Positions 35,842-48,550 are shown, counted from the first letter of the whole stretch. The stretch is DNA of 63,465 nucleotides, filler included, from Globobulimina sp. (GCA_003354225.1; 55 parts of 55 records of this genome joined end to end with filler, not necessarily neighbours in it); one strand, 5' to 3'. Numbers and translations are program-made. Notes: a model not told the origin generated them from the sequence alone.

Positions 35842-36696
35842 CTTTTCCTTTGCTCCAAATTCATTCATTAACACATCGATTTTACGACGTTCTTCATCGA
35901 CCACACCATTCAATGCTTCCTGGTCTTGCAATAATTTATCTTTTTCCTCCTGATACTCAGCCATACGATGCTTATATTCTTCTTCCATTAATCTCATATT
36001 AACACTCTTATTCTTCTCCGCTGCTAATTTTTTGCGTAAATCTTCGTTTTCATTGCGGATTTCGAGCATTTTATCCCATTCCATCTTATTCTCTGCCCGT
36101 AATTTTGTAATTTCTTGTTCTAAATTTTTTATTTTTATATTCAATGCAAATGTGGGATTATTTGTTGTGGCACATTGTAAAATATGTTTATTTATTAAAT
36201 CCGTTAATTTTCCTTTCCATTCACAGCTATTCGCATTTGATTTAAATGGTTGATTGCCTTCTTTTTCATCATTAATATTAATATTATTACCACCAAATGT
36301 ATCCATTATTTGTTGACTATTATTTTTTTGTAAAATATTTCTCATTTTATATTGTTGTGAATAGGGACAACTAACAATGGATTTCAATACGTGTCTTCTA
36401 TTTGCTTTGTTTGCAGTTATTTGTGGATTGATATGTGAATTAATAATACATTTATGCTCATTCTGTTGAATCAAATGCATTAAACATTGTTTGCAATATA
36501 AAAATATATCTTCATCATCGTTATGATCACAATCTAATTCGACTGCATCACAACATACCAAACCACAACTTGCACATAAAAAAACTGACATTTTATTTGG
36601 ATCATTAAATAATGTCATATTCCACCCTTTATTGTCGACTTTTAACAATGATAATAATTCTCTTTCCATTATTAATGTCTTTGCTTGAGAGGCCAT
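35842..36696 (-). CDS. RING/TRAF-type zinc-finger coiled-coil protein, 3'-partial
   Basis: CASC..C.H..CKQC..C; CPYS...CEWKGKL..H..C; coiled coil. Confidence 0.8.
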
Positions 36697-36997
36697 TCAA
36701 TTTGTGCTAGCTGCAAAGTTGAAGCAAAAGTTTTTTGGCATTACTTTTGTCTTCAATTATCGGACAGTCATCATCGAGGCCAATTGTTAAGAACTTTAGA
36801 ATAGGACCTGTTTGAAACACATTGTTTTTAAAATCCGCAAATTCGCAAGTCGTTTTGTTAGGAGATGGTGATGACCTCTCCATAGGTTTTAAAATTTNNN
36901 NNNNNNNNNNNNNNNNNNNNNNNNNNNNNNNNNNNNNNNNNTTAATTAATTAANNNNNNNNNNNNNNNNNNNNNNNNNNNNNNNNNNNNNNNNNNNN

Positions 36998-38053
36998 GTT
37001 TTTTGACCCCGGTCAGCAATCTGTTATATGGCTCGCATCAGCACGACTTTCATCAGTTGGATTTGGCCTTTCCTGTGGCGCCCACACCGGATATGATCGA
37101 ACAGCAGGAACTGTTGCAACAGCAGCGGTTTAAGAAAATGAAAATCCATTCGGATATCACAAAGCATGCATTCAAGCGGCAAAACTCCGACTCATTGCGA
37201 GCTATTTCACCGCCACACACACCGCCACAAGCCGAGGAATATAAAAATAACGAAAATAATGACAGCAATTCCTCCCCGAATAAAGCTGGTAAGAAATCAA
37301 AACGATTTTCATTGTCGTTTAGAGGGTTTAAACGACCGACATTGGGCAAAATGACCGGATTAACGTCAATTGGCATGAATTTGCGAGGACGGTCGGATTC
37401 GATTGAACCACCGATTAAATCTTATACCAATTCGCCGTTTGGTAGGCTGTTGAAAATAGAAAAAGAGGTCAAAAATAGAAACAAACCTAAACATAAACGT
37501 AAAATGAAACGCAGTCAATCTGAAACCTTATCAGAATTAGGCAATTCATTCAAAAAACAAGATTCTGGGCTTTCTGGCAACTTACAAGACATCGTGGAAT
37601 CGCCCATAAACGCAATGTTCGATGATGCAGCGGTACGCAATGGATTTTTGCGTTTTTGGCTATCCATATTTCGGTCATATCAGGAATGTGTGGTTCGACC
37701 CAATAACTACCACACCAACACTCTGCACAATCATAACGTATTAAATGTGAATTTAACAGAGCCAATCTATGAAGACTCAGCCACCAAAACCTTGGATAAA
37801 AAGAGTCCTATTCCCACCACAGAAGAGGAAGCCGCAGAGACCAAAAAAAACGCAGAATTATCCAAATCAAAGTCCGGTTCATCCAGATCTATGACCTCAT
37901 CCCTCCACAGCGCCAATAGCACGAATAGCGTAAACAGTGCCTTATTTGGGCAGAGCGTGGAGAGTATCTTTGATGAGGAGAAATTCTTAAAATCCTCACC
38001 TTCGCAATCCAGGCCATTTTTGACTATTTTCCTAGGCACGGAATCTTTTCACC
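36998..38053 (+). CDS. DENN-domain protein (dDENN region)
   Basis: VRNGFLRFWLSIFRSY ... FDEEKFLKS..SRPFL.IFLGTESF. Confidence 0.8.
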
Positions 38054-38153
38054 NNNNNNNNNNNNNNNNNNNNNNNNNNNNNNNNNNNNNNNNNNNNTTA
38101 ATTAATTAANNNNNNNNNNNNNNNNNNNNNNNNNNNNNNNNNNNNNNNNNNNN

Positions 38154-38462
38154 TTATGCGACTCAATACGACCTGACATATTCAATTGCTTATTAGGTCA
38201 ATATTTTGATTCAGGATTTATGACAAGCAGCGCATCATCAACTTATCCAATGGGTGACGGCTTCTTTGGATATTTTAAAACTTATTATATACACCAGTTC
38301 AGATTTGAGCAAGTTTCACGCATAACTACGGAAGATACCACTAACTTCCAATCAGATGTAGCGTTCCGTGATATAAATTTTGAAATTAGTGATATCATTA
38401 CTAACGATAACTCGGTAAAATTAACAGGTAGTGTGGATTTAGATGATGAAGAACTCAATTAA
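38154..38462 (+). CDS. Phage structural protein upstream of sheath (neck/tail-terminator position), 5'-partial
   Basis: Open from contig start; ends 11 nt before the sheath ATG. Confidence 0.55.
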   Translation, partial: LCDSIRPDIFNCLLGQYFDSGFMTSSASSTYPMGDGFFGYFKTYYIHQFRFEQVSRITTEDTTNFQSDVAFRDINFEISDIITNDNSVKLTGSVDLDDEELN

Positions 38463-38473
38463 AGGAAAAGAAT

Positions 38474-39209
38474 ATGACAACAATTAGTCAACCAGACACT
38501 AGTCTGAATATCGTCGCAGCGAAAACTGCGGTAGGTAATACTGAACAGCGAGTGTTGTTCATCGGCCAAAGAACGTCTGAAGGTTCAGTCGTAGCTAAGC
38601 AATTGGTTACTGATATCCAGAATGACAATTCATGGTATACATTATTTGGACAACGTTCTATGCTTGCCCAAGGTATTGCGGCTGCACGCAAATTGAATGA
38701 CACCGTGGTGTTTGACGCAATCGCTGTAGATGACCCGTCACTTTCACCGTCCTCTGCAACAGCAACTATTGCATTTGGCGGTACTGCAACTGAAGCAGGC
38801 ATACTTACGTTTTATATCTCATCTCGTAAAAACTTTGCATATCCTGTTTCTGTTTCAATAGGAGATACCGCCGATAACATTGCCACATCTCTTGGAGCGC
38901 AAATTGATGCAGATGACAGAGTGCCTGTTACACAAGGAACTGTAACATCAACAGTAACTCTGACTACTGCAAATCAAGGTTTGGAGGCAAACAGTACTCC
39001 AGTAGGTTACAGTGGTTCGGTTGCAGGCATCAACGTAACTCTAACTGCGTTCTCGTCGGGTACGGGTGTTGTTGATTTTACATTTGCGGAATTATCAGCG
39101 TTAATCGGCGACCAACGTTATCAATCCATTATCATGCCATACTCATATGGTGTTTCAGTATTAACAGATTTGTTAGACCCTCGATTCAATACACAAAACG
39201 ATGTTTTAG
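38474..39209 (+). CDS. Contractile phage tail sheath protein (Mu gpL-like), 3'-partial
   Basis: AAGGA RBS; RVLFIGQ, LFG.RSMLA, GTATEAG.L, V.V..GDTA..IA, IIMPY. Confidence 0.88.
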
Positions 39210-39414
39210 NNNNNNNNNNNNNNNNNNNNNNNNNNNNNNNNNNNNNNNNNNNNTTAATTAATTAANNNNNNNNNNNNNNNNNNNNNNNNNNNNNNNNNNN
39301 NNNNNNNNNTTTGCTGTTGTTCAATAAATAATCGTATTGAATTTTATCCTATTTCCACTTTATTTTATTTTGGATTCCTACTAGTCTCCATTTTATTTAT
39401 TAGCATTTTTTACT

Positions 39415-40365
39415 ATGACCACTATCAACAACATCACGATGTTGAATACTGTGCGATAAAAAGTAACATTTTCTTGCTTATCAACAATCCGTTTCCTTCA
39501 ATATCACTGCCTATACACATTGATACAAATATATCATCGTATATTGTGCTATTCGTATTGTTATGGGAAACTTTATTCAATTTTTACAGATTTTTCGATG
39601 CAAACTACGTGGCCACGTATCTTCGAAATGCATCCAAAATCACAATATTTGCCTTATTCTCCATTTATTCATTAATATTTTCCGCATTATATTTGGTGCA
39701 AATTAATTTCTATTTTGGTTTACTGCCAATCCTGGTTTTGATCCATTTCATATTCAATGTTTACTGCGCTGCGGGCTTTGTATCAATATTAAAGCGACAG
39801 CAACGACATTTATTGGAAGGAGGTATTTACACACTTATATATTTTTATTTTTCTCCACAAAAACGTTGTTCAATTCGCGCCAATTCAGAAAGTAAACACC
39901 TTCAGAATGGCTCAGTAATGAAAGAATTAGTTTCCATCATCCATCGCGTTCGTCGCTGCTCACTAATAACCACATTTATATCCACTTCATTTTTATTCAT
40001 AGTCACCGCCTGTTCCACCAGTTATACCATCATATTATTGCCTGTTTTCTGGATGATCTCATCCATTCTGTGGCTGCTAAATTTCTCCAAAAATAAATCT
40101 TGGATAAATAAGCGCTGTAAAAACCTAAAACGTACATATAAGCGGTGCTGTTTATGTAGCAACAAACAGTTGAAAGCAGGTAAAATCAGCAGCGTTGCAG
40201 CAGTGACTCCCGTCTCTGTGTCCATACAAATCCAGAATAATACTGCATATACTGCAGCTGTCAAAAAATTAAAGCAAAACACCACCGCACACATTAAAGC
40301 AAACCACCACCACCGCACACAAAACACGGCTTATACAGATATCCGTTTGGATGTGGAAGAAATCG
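39415..40365 (+). CDS. Multi-pass membrane protein, with probable in-frame intron 39823-39888
   Basis: At least five hydrophobic helices; 66-nt GT-AG stretch. Confidence 0.6.
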
Positions 40366-40467
40366 NNNNNNNNNNNNNNNNNNNNNNNNNNNNNNNNNNN
40401 NNNNNNNNNTTAATTAATTAANNNNNNNNNNNNNNNNNNNNNNNNNNNNNNNNNNNNNNNNNNNNAT

Positions 40468-41190
40468 CGCATCTTATGTTTATCAGATGAGATATATTCG
40501 CCATTAACGTTTGATAATTTGCAGCATCATTCGATCGCAAAATATTATCCTGAAGGCACGATAATATTAAATGGATTATCAAAATGGTGCGGAGTGGGTG
40601 GCTATAGATTGGGTGTTTTTATATTTCCACAAAATCTAAAATGGCTGCAAGATTCAATGGCAATTATTGCGTCAGAAACATTTTCTTGTGTTTCCGCACC
40701 AATACAATATGCGGCCTGCGCTGCGTTTGAAGGTTATTATGATTCCGAAATGCAAACTTATTTGGCTGTATCCAGAACAATATTAAATGCCTTAGCTGCG
40801 AAATCATATGACATATTAAAAGAAATTGATGGGTGTTATGTGAATAAATCCAATGGAGCATTTTATACATTTCCTGACTTTACAAATGTTTGTGGATTAA
40901 AGGAACTGTGTCCAGACAGTGAGTCGTTGAGCAAATTTTTGCTAAATGAATGTGGTGTTTCTGGTTTAGGCGGTTATTGTTTTGGTAGAGCTCCGAGTGA
41001 ATTGACCATGAAATTCTCTTTTGTCGACTTTGACGGGAAAACGATATTTAATGATTTAAAGAATATGCCACAAAATATCCAATCTCCAGAAATGGATAGA
41101 TTTCTCAGGAAACATTGTTCAAACACAGTTGAAGGATTTGAAGCGGTCAGAGATTTAATGAATAATTTGCAAAATGTAAAAACAATATAA
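40468..41190 (+). CDS. PLP-dependent class I/II aminotransferase, C-terminal half
   Basis: LSDEIY, GLSKWCGVGGYRLG, GAFYTFPDF. Confidence 0.93.
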   Translation, partial: RILCLSDEIYSPLTFDNLQHHSIAKYYPEGTIILNGLSKWCGVGGYRLGVFIFPQNLKWLQDSMAIIASETFSCVSAPIQYAACAAFEGYYDSEMQTYLAVSRTILNALAAKSYDILKEIDGCYVNKSNGAFYTFPDFTNVCGLKELCPDSESLSKFLLNECGVSGLGGYCFGRAPSELTMKFSFVDFDGKTIFNDLKNMPQNIQSPEMDRFLRKHCSNTVEGFEAVRDLMNNLQNVKTI

Positions 41191-41620
41191 TATGTATATA
41201 AATATATGTCCTTTATTTTTTTATTGGGTGGGTAAATTGTTTATTTTTTTGCGATCAAAGTGTTGGTCGCTTTTTGTATTTTAATACATTTCAAATATTG
41301 CGTTCTATTTGATTCATTTTGTTCTAGCGTTTTTCAGCGAGTCAAAACAAGCTATAAATATTTAAATGAATTGAGTTGACACCGATGTCCCATAAATCAG
41401 ATGTTGTTCTATCACTCAATGTTATAAAATATATGTTTTGCTTTAGCGCATAAAACAAAAGGTTCGGTATCCCAACGATAGAGAATGCGTCTGCGATTTC
41501 GGTCGTGTCTACAGGTTTACNNNNNNNNNNNNNNNNNNNNNNNNNNNNNNNNNNNNNNNNNNNNTTAATTAATTAANNNNNNNNNNNNNNNNNNNNNNNN
41601 NNNNNNNNNNNNNNNNNNNN

Positions 41621-42452
41621 CACCACCGACCTACCACAGTCACAACAATCAGAACAATATGCGCCGCTCAAAAACACCGACACCGTTTATACACAATGTG
41701 CAAACACCCACCAAATCCGCCACAACCCCTATTTCGGCGGCGAGTGTGCAAACACCTCCGTTGCCATCGTATACGATGTTGACATCGCTGACGCCACAAA
41801 ACTATTTGAATAATATGAACATTATTAACAATATGAACGCTATGACTATGAATGTAAATAATGTGAATGGATTGTTATCGCCGACTTCATTGATTTTACC
41901 CAATTTAGATATATTACAGACGCAAATGAACAAATCACAAACATCACCGATTGTTATCACTCCGTCCACCAATTTATTGCTGCAGCACCAAATTAGAAAT
42001 AAAACCATGGCCCAATCTCTGTCTCTATCTCCGCCCAACACGCAACAAAATTTTGTATATGTTAAGATATTTATTGCTAAAAACACCAGTTATTCAACTA
42101 TGAAAACACTCGTTTTTGACTATAGAATTGTTCGCCATTACAAGGACCATTTAATACGCCGCCACAACCACAAAAACGATTTGTATTCAATAATAAGCAC
42201 AGCAAAAAATCGCCATCACCATCACATTCCAGTCATTCCTGGACACAGAAAGAGGAACAATTAGGCAATAAATTGTATGAAATGATAAAACAAAAATATC
42301 CGCAACGTGCCACGAAAATTGTTGGCATGTTGTTAACTGCGAATAAAACGGAGGATATCGAGTTTATGCTCGGCAGACCGCACATATTAATGGCTCTGGC
42401 CAATGATTATGATCAACAGCAACGGTCAAAGGAACTTAATAAACACAAATAA
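41621..42452 (+). CDS. Low-complexity protein with C-terminal MLLE/PABC-like domain; intron ~42055 (or 42061)-42125
   Basis: Spliced exon reads KEEQLGNKLYEMIKQKYPQRATKIVGMLLT. Confidence 0.8.
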
Positions 42453-42775
42453 TGTCCATGTGCTGGCTCAACAAAATTAAATCTTACTGACTCACTTTTC
42501 TACAGTATTTTTACCTATTTTTTATGTTTATAATTGAGTTTGAATTTAAATTTTGCTATTTTTCCCCATTGTTTTTGCGTTTTTTTTTACATTAATCTCA
42601 TTTTTGTTATATCTTTTTTTTGATTTTTTTTTCGTGTGAATTAATGTTTGGATGGCATCAATATTGGATGATGTTNNNNNNNNNNNNNNNNNNNNNNNNN
42701 NNNNNNNNNNNNNNNNNNNTTAATTAATTAANNNNNNNNNNNNNNNNNNNNNNNNNNNNNNNNNNNNNNNNNNNN

Positions 42776-43829
42776 ATTTCTTTCATCACATTAGTTAATT
42801 CCTGCAATTTATAGCCAATCACTTGATCAATTTTATCATTTTCAAAGGTCTGCATTGTAAAAACTTTGGTCGACAGACAACTATAAACAAACGCAGCGGC
42901 ACTAATTAATGACGGCGCAGTACGGCATAATTTGTAACTCATTACACAGTGTTCAATGCAATACATAATTAAATCGGTAATAATTTTCATCTCTTTCTTT
43001 TTCTTTAGATAATAAGACGATATTTTTGTATATCTTTGCGAGTAATTATACACCGTCGGAACAGTCAAAGTAAACGACAATGTTTTTAGTATTTCAATCT
43101 CCATCGACATCAACTCGTTATCTCCAAACGCATTGTCTGAAATATATATAAAATCATCCATTTCCGGCGCATAAATCTCATGGTATTTGCTCGCAATCCA
43201 TAAACAAGTACAACCTAAACACAATTAATTAGGAATATATTAGATATATTTGCGAATTTGCGAAATTTTATATGCAATAATCAAATATACAAAATATACA
43301 AACCACAAAGTTGCAATTTTTTACGGTGTAACTGTCGTTTCGATAAATATCGATCTAAAAGATTAATAGCTAAAAAATAAGTGCATGGCAACAATTTAAA
43401 TTTCCGATGTACTTCGACTAACCAGTCGACCAAAACCGTTCGCATTCTCGCATTTACGTCGCGTTGCTCCCCCATAAAATCCAGACCAATTTCGAGGACG
43501 CAGCCATCGCGATTTAGGTCTTCATCCTGGCGTAAATTTGTCATAATATCACTGATATAATCAGTCACTGCTAAATCATTATCAATATCCACGTCATCCC
43601 ACACTGCCAATCCAACGTCGCAGATTATATTATCACTAATATCAATATCACTGTCTTCGTCTTCGTCTTTTACTTCTTTCACAATTTCGATTTCGATTTC
43701 TTTAATTACGCCTAATGCTGTTGTTGTTTTTGCTTTTTTGCCCACTTTACTCACTTTATTCACTTCAACGATTGCAATATTCTCATTTTGTCGCGATTGG
43801 TTTGTGATATCCGCACCAAATGCTCGATT
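42776..43829 (-). CDS. Mitotic cyclin (B/A type); intron 43215-43303
   Basis: RAFGADITN D-box-like, MRTVLVDWLVEVH, KLQLCG|CTCLWIASKYHEIYAP. Confidence 0.95.
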
Positions 43830-43971
43830 TNNNNNNNNNNNNNNNNNNNNNNNNNNNNNNNNNNNNNNNNNNNNTTAATTAATTAANNNNNNNNNNNNNN
43901 NNNNNNNNNNNNNNNNNNNNNNNNNNNNNNCAGATAGTTAACAATTAAATAAAAATATAATAAATACATAC

Positions 43972-44985
43972 ATGTATAGCATGGCCAGAGGTAAGAAACG
44001 TACCACGCGAAATACTTTACGGCGCGTAAATGAAGGAAGTAACGATGATGACTTTGATATTGTCATCGATAATGCACATAATCATAATCAGAGCAATGAT
44101 GCCGGAGCCAGTGCATATACACAATTATTATACCAATTGCAAAAAATTAATAACTTTACCCGTCCATTCATAGCTCGAACGGGATTGGATACATTACGTT
44201 AGATACTTGATGTGAATGATTATATTGATGCTAATATAGAGGCTCCAGACAGTTTGATCTTTGATAAAATAATGAATTCCATTCCGCAGCACGTACAACG
44301 TTATTATCGTAATTATATAATTGAGCAAAATCGTCAGTTGGTGGCCAATCAGAATCAAAAGAATCAAGATGATGATGATATTGATTTGTTACATCACAAA
44401 TCATTAAATACATTAAAGCAATGGGCGAAATACCAATATCCACCAACTCCGAATGTTGATACATTAATAAATAAATTAAGGCAAATCCAGTTCCGGTACA
44501 AAGAAAATCCATTAACCGTTTTTGATCGGTTTCAGATATTATGCGGCAATATTGCATTATGTACAAATTTGTTGAATGACGATTTGGCCGAAGACCAGCA
44601 ATTACCTCATTTATCAGATCGGGATAAATGGATCCAATTAAAACGTATATTTGTGACACAAAATAATGTCAATTCCTATAATAATGTTTCTAAAATAAAT
44701 CAGAGGGTCAAGAAGCACGTTGGCAATCTTAATCCGATCACTTTGCAGCAATTTGTTGATCTTATCATCTGTTTGCCGGATATTATTGTACCGCGCGTAC
44801 ATGCCGATGATCGTAATTATCACTATAAAATATATAAAGATGATCCAAATACAACATCTTTGTTTCGAGCCAACTCCCAGCCATTCAATAGAAATTTTAA
44901 TAGAGATCGCGGTGGATATAGAGGTCGCGGACGAGGCAGAGGTAGCTTTCGAGGTAATTTCCGTGGCCGAGGTCGAGGCAGAGGT
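43972..44985 (+). mobile_element. Gag-like ORF with RG-rich C-terminus, interrupted by one in-frame TAG at 44200-44202
   Basis: ORFs 43972 and 44212 share a frame; LRQIQFRYKENP..VFDRF resembles a gag major homology region. Confidence 0.6.
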
Positions 44986-45085
44986 NNNNNNNNNNNNNNN
45001 NNNNNNNNNNNNNNNNNNNNNNNNNNNNNTTAATTAATTAANNNNNNNNNNNNNNNNNNNNNNNNNNNNNNNNNNNNNNNNNNNN

Positions 45086-45421
45086 AAAAAAGAGAATAAA
45101 AACTATTTCAGTATTATCAGCTCCCTTGATACGAGTTTGACCAAGCTCAACCAAACAAGACAACTCATGAAACCAGTCATCATCAGCAATTTCGACAGTA
45201 GCCTCTGCGGAAGTTTCTATGGCAGATAGGATTCTCAATGCATATTTTTTCCAAGTTTTCACATCCGTTGAATGTTTTACTTCAATCCAAGCTTTGCTTC
45301 CAAAGAGGCTCTCAACGAGAGACTTCATTCCGTAGGCTTCTTCTAATTTATAATCCAATGATCGATTCCGTTTTAAAACATAACATTTTAATGTGTAGTT
45401 CTGTCCATCGTGCAGATTCAC
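45086..45421 (-). CDS. Bacterial hypothetical protein, 3'-partial
   Basis: ORF downstream of the terminator on a bacterial contig. Confidence 0.45.
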
Positions 45422-45603
45422 TTATCTAACTGAATATCATGGAAAAATGAATTATATCCAATCTGGATATGATCGATATCTGAACTTGAAAACCCATACC
45501 AATAATTGGGTGATATCTGCAAGCATAATGTTAACTTGGTATAAAGTTGATCGAACTGAATCGGTAAGGTAAGAGTTGCAAATTATTAATTAGAATTTGA
45601 ACT

Positions 45604-45631
45604 AAAAAAGCAGGGCCACTTCTGACCCTGC
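45604..45631 (-). terminator. Rho-independent terminator
   Basis: GCAGGGTCA-GAAG-TGGCCCTGC-TTTTTT shortly after the stop codon. Confidence 0.88.
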
Positions 45632-45659
45632 CTGGAAAATAAAATTAAATAAATTTTTT

Positions 45660-46140
45660 CTATTGTTTTCTTCTATTAGCTCCTGCAAGACCTAAAAGGC
45701 CAATTCCAAACAAGAACATGGTTGCTGGTTCAGGAACTGGGGCTGTCCCCTCACTTGGTGTATAGTCAGCAGTAATAGACCATGAGTTTAACGCACCAGA
45801 ATCACCACCATATTGATCGAAAATGTGCAAACGCCAGTCCCCCAAGATATCCATTCCAGCTGCCCAAGAACTCACATCAAAAGTTTGGACTATGTCATCA
45901 GTACCGGAGCCAGTACCGTTCCATAGTCTATAGGAAGACGTATCACCAGGGTTATACAAATCTATTAATAAATCACCTTGGTAAGTGTGAGAAATATCCA
46001 AAAATATTTCCATAGTATTAATGGTACCGACCTCAGCAAATGTTATGATTGAGTCAGGAACCATATGACCTGACGTTCCCGTTTCGGGAATTAATGTACC
46101 TGGAGATACTGATTCAGTTATAGTTGCTGCTGACACTACT
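45660..46140 (-). CDS. PEP-CTERM protein with proprotein-convertase P domain (bacterial), 5'-partial
   Basis: DISHTYQGDL.I.L..P, GDWRLHI.D...DSG.LNSWSI; VPEPATMFLFGIGLLGLAGANRRK. Confidence 0.95.
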
Positions 46141-46272
46141 NNNNNNNNNNNNNNNNNNNNNNNNNNNNNNNNNNNNNNNNNNNNTTAATTAATTAANNNN
46201 NNNNNNNNNNNNNNNNNNNNNNNNNNNNNNNNNNNNNNNNATAAAGCACCAATATAAAATCACCAGTGTAAA

Positions 46273-47295
46273 ATGGCGAATAGAAATGTACATTTTATAT
46301 TGAAGACTTACACTGGTGCTATTACACTGGTGCTTTTCGAAATTCCATTAACTCTTATAAATGCAATGTATTTATCCAATGCCGAATATGATTCGTATAA
46401 AAAAAATGAAATAAAAATCGAAATCGATGGTGAAAAACTGCAAGTTTTAGAACAAGAAGCAAAATTTAAATATTTGGGAGTGACATTGCAATTCAACGAA
46501 AACCAAAAAGAATTTGATTGGAAATATCATTTGAATAATATAGTCGGCGCAACATATGGAGCAATAATTGCAATACCAAATCAAATAACGAAATTAATCA
46601 ATATTAAAACAAAAATATTGATTTTAATGTCGAGAATGAATATCTATGGCTTAGCGATAATGAAAATGAATGAAGAGCAAATAATCAAATACGAAAAATG
46701 CATTACGTATGCAATCAGAAAATTAATGGGAATTTATTCAACTACCACAGGCGCAATAATACATATCTTATTTGGCATAAATCGCATAAGAAATATCAAT
46801 TATAAAGCCATGTTAAAATTTTATATTAAAATAATGAATGGATATGACAATACATTGAAGAATATGATAATAACACAACAAAGAATATTAAACAAGAAAA
46901 TACAAAATAAGCAAATAAAAAGGAGATTGGTCGAAAATAGGAATGTAAATAAATTCGATGTAAAACAAAAGAATCAAGCGTATTATTATCAAATTAAATT
47001 TGTTATTGACACATATAATTTAAAAAAGATACATATGAGTCAGAAACAAGTAAAACGAATGGAATATGAAAATATTATTGATTCAACATGTAAAAAATGA
47101 CGAAAATAATTTGGTTTTCTATGTATTCGATATCAATGAACAAATAATAATAAGTAAACAAGTAATTAGGTCATATCCAATGACATATATTGAAATAATT
47201 GATCAATTTGTCGAATTACATAAAATCACAAGTCAAGTAACTACGCAAATATTGAGATTTATAACAGGTAATCATCGAATTATGTGGGACGATGA
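46273..47295 (+). mobile_element. Non-LTR retrotransposon RT C-terminal/thumb region, probably degenerate
   Basis: I.IDGEKL...FKYLGV.L, AIRKLMG..TT...H..FG; frame change near 47100. Confidence 0.72.
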
Positions 47296-47395
47296 NNNNN
47301 NNNNNNNNNNNNNNNNNNNNNNNNNNNNNNNNNNNNNNNTTAATTAATTAANNNNNNNNNNNNNNNNNNNNNNNNNNNNNNNNNNNNNNNNNNNN

Positions 47396-48450
47396 CATTG
47401 GACATCACCATCTCAGACAATGTTGCCGAGTATGTCGACACTAATTATTTGGGCCACGCGGTCGCCAGCAATGCATTTGCGTTTCCTGTGAAAAAAACTG
47501 GCCTATACTATGGATGCAGAAATAAAATGAAACGTATATTCAACTTAACGGTGTTGGATAACATGGACACATTAAATAGATATCAGGCACACACGATCGA
47601 CTTGGCGTACATTTGGGACGTATTAGGTTACGTCATTACGGATATGCGCTGTTTAAAGCTGACGTTGATGAAATGTGACCCCATTTTAGCGAAATCCTGG
47701 TATTGCTCCACCAAACACTCGTTGTTACGTGGAAACTTATTAGATTTGCATCATTTATCCCCGTATTTGAACAGAAAAGAGGTGGAGTATATCCTTAACA
47801 ATGTGGCGCCCATTGAACCTGATATCCATATCATAAATTATGCGCATCCATATCAGATACATTCCAACGACCATGCCTTCAAATTCTCGTTCAAAAACAC
47901 GCCGCGCAATTTATTAGTTGGTGTCCCTGCAGCGGACTTGAATGACACCCTCCATTTCTATGCAAATAAGGCCCTGATGGCCAATTCCATGGTAGTCCTT
48001 GGCACCGAGATCCATATCACTGAGACCTATAACAAAGACATCGTAGCGTTGTCCACAATGCATTTACAGCTATCCAGCAGATGCCACTTTGGACCGTCCT
48101 ATTTTTGCATAAATCCGAATAAATGCAGTCATTACGAAGCGCGATTGGATGAGCTCAAAACCAAAATTGAGACCGATATGACCAGAGACGGAAAGAAGAA
48201 CGACGCCATCACTCGAACCCTGAATAAATTGCACAAAGTATCTATACAGAGCAAATGTGGGCATTTAACCGCAAAATGCAAAGGCTGCGCCATGGTACGA
48301 CCACAATATGAAGACGGCTTCAAAGGCATTCCCGGTTTGGGAAATGCGCCAAGCGAACATACCCTGATCACTTACTATCATTCATATGCAATATCCCGCA
48401 TCAAAGACCTCCGTATTGATGGCGAGCCGATAATATGGAATCAAATGGAC
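47396..48450 (+). CDS. Orphan Cys/His-containing protein fragment
   Basis: Open across the whole contig, intronless. Confidence 0.65.
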
Positions 48451-48550
48451 NNNNNNNNNNNNNNNNNNNNNNNNNNNNNNNNNNNNNNNNNNNNTTAATT
48501 AATTAANNNNNNNNNNNNNNNNNNNNNNNNNNNNNNNNNNNNNNNNNNNN

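Noticed and set aside
44200-44202. Alternative genetic code (TAG reassigned)
   Set aside because: TAG, TAA and TGA all terminate conserved genes elsewhere (Ras TAG, H3 TAA, ankyrin TGA)
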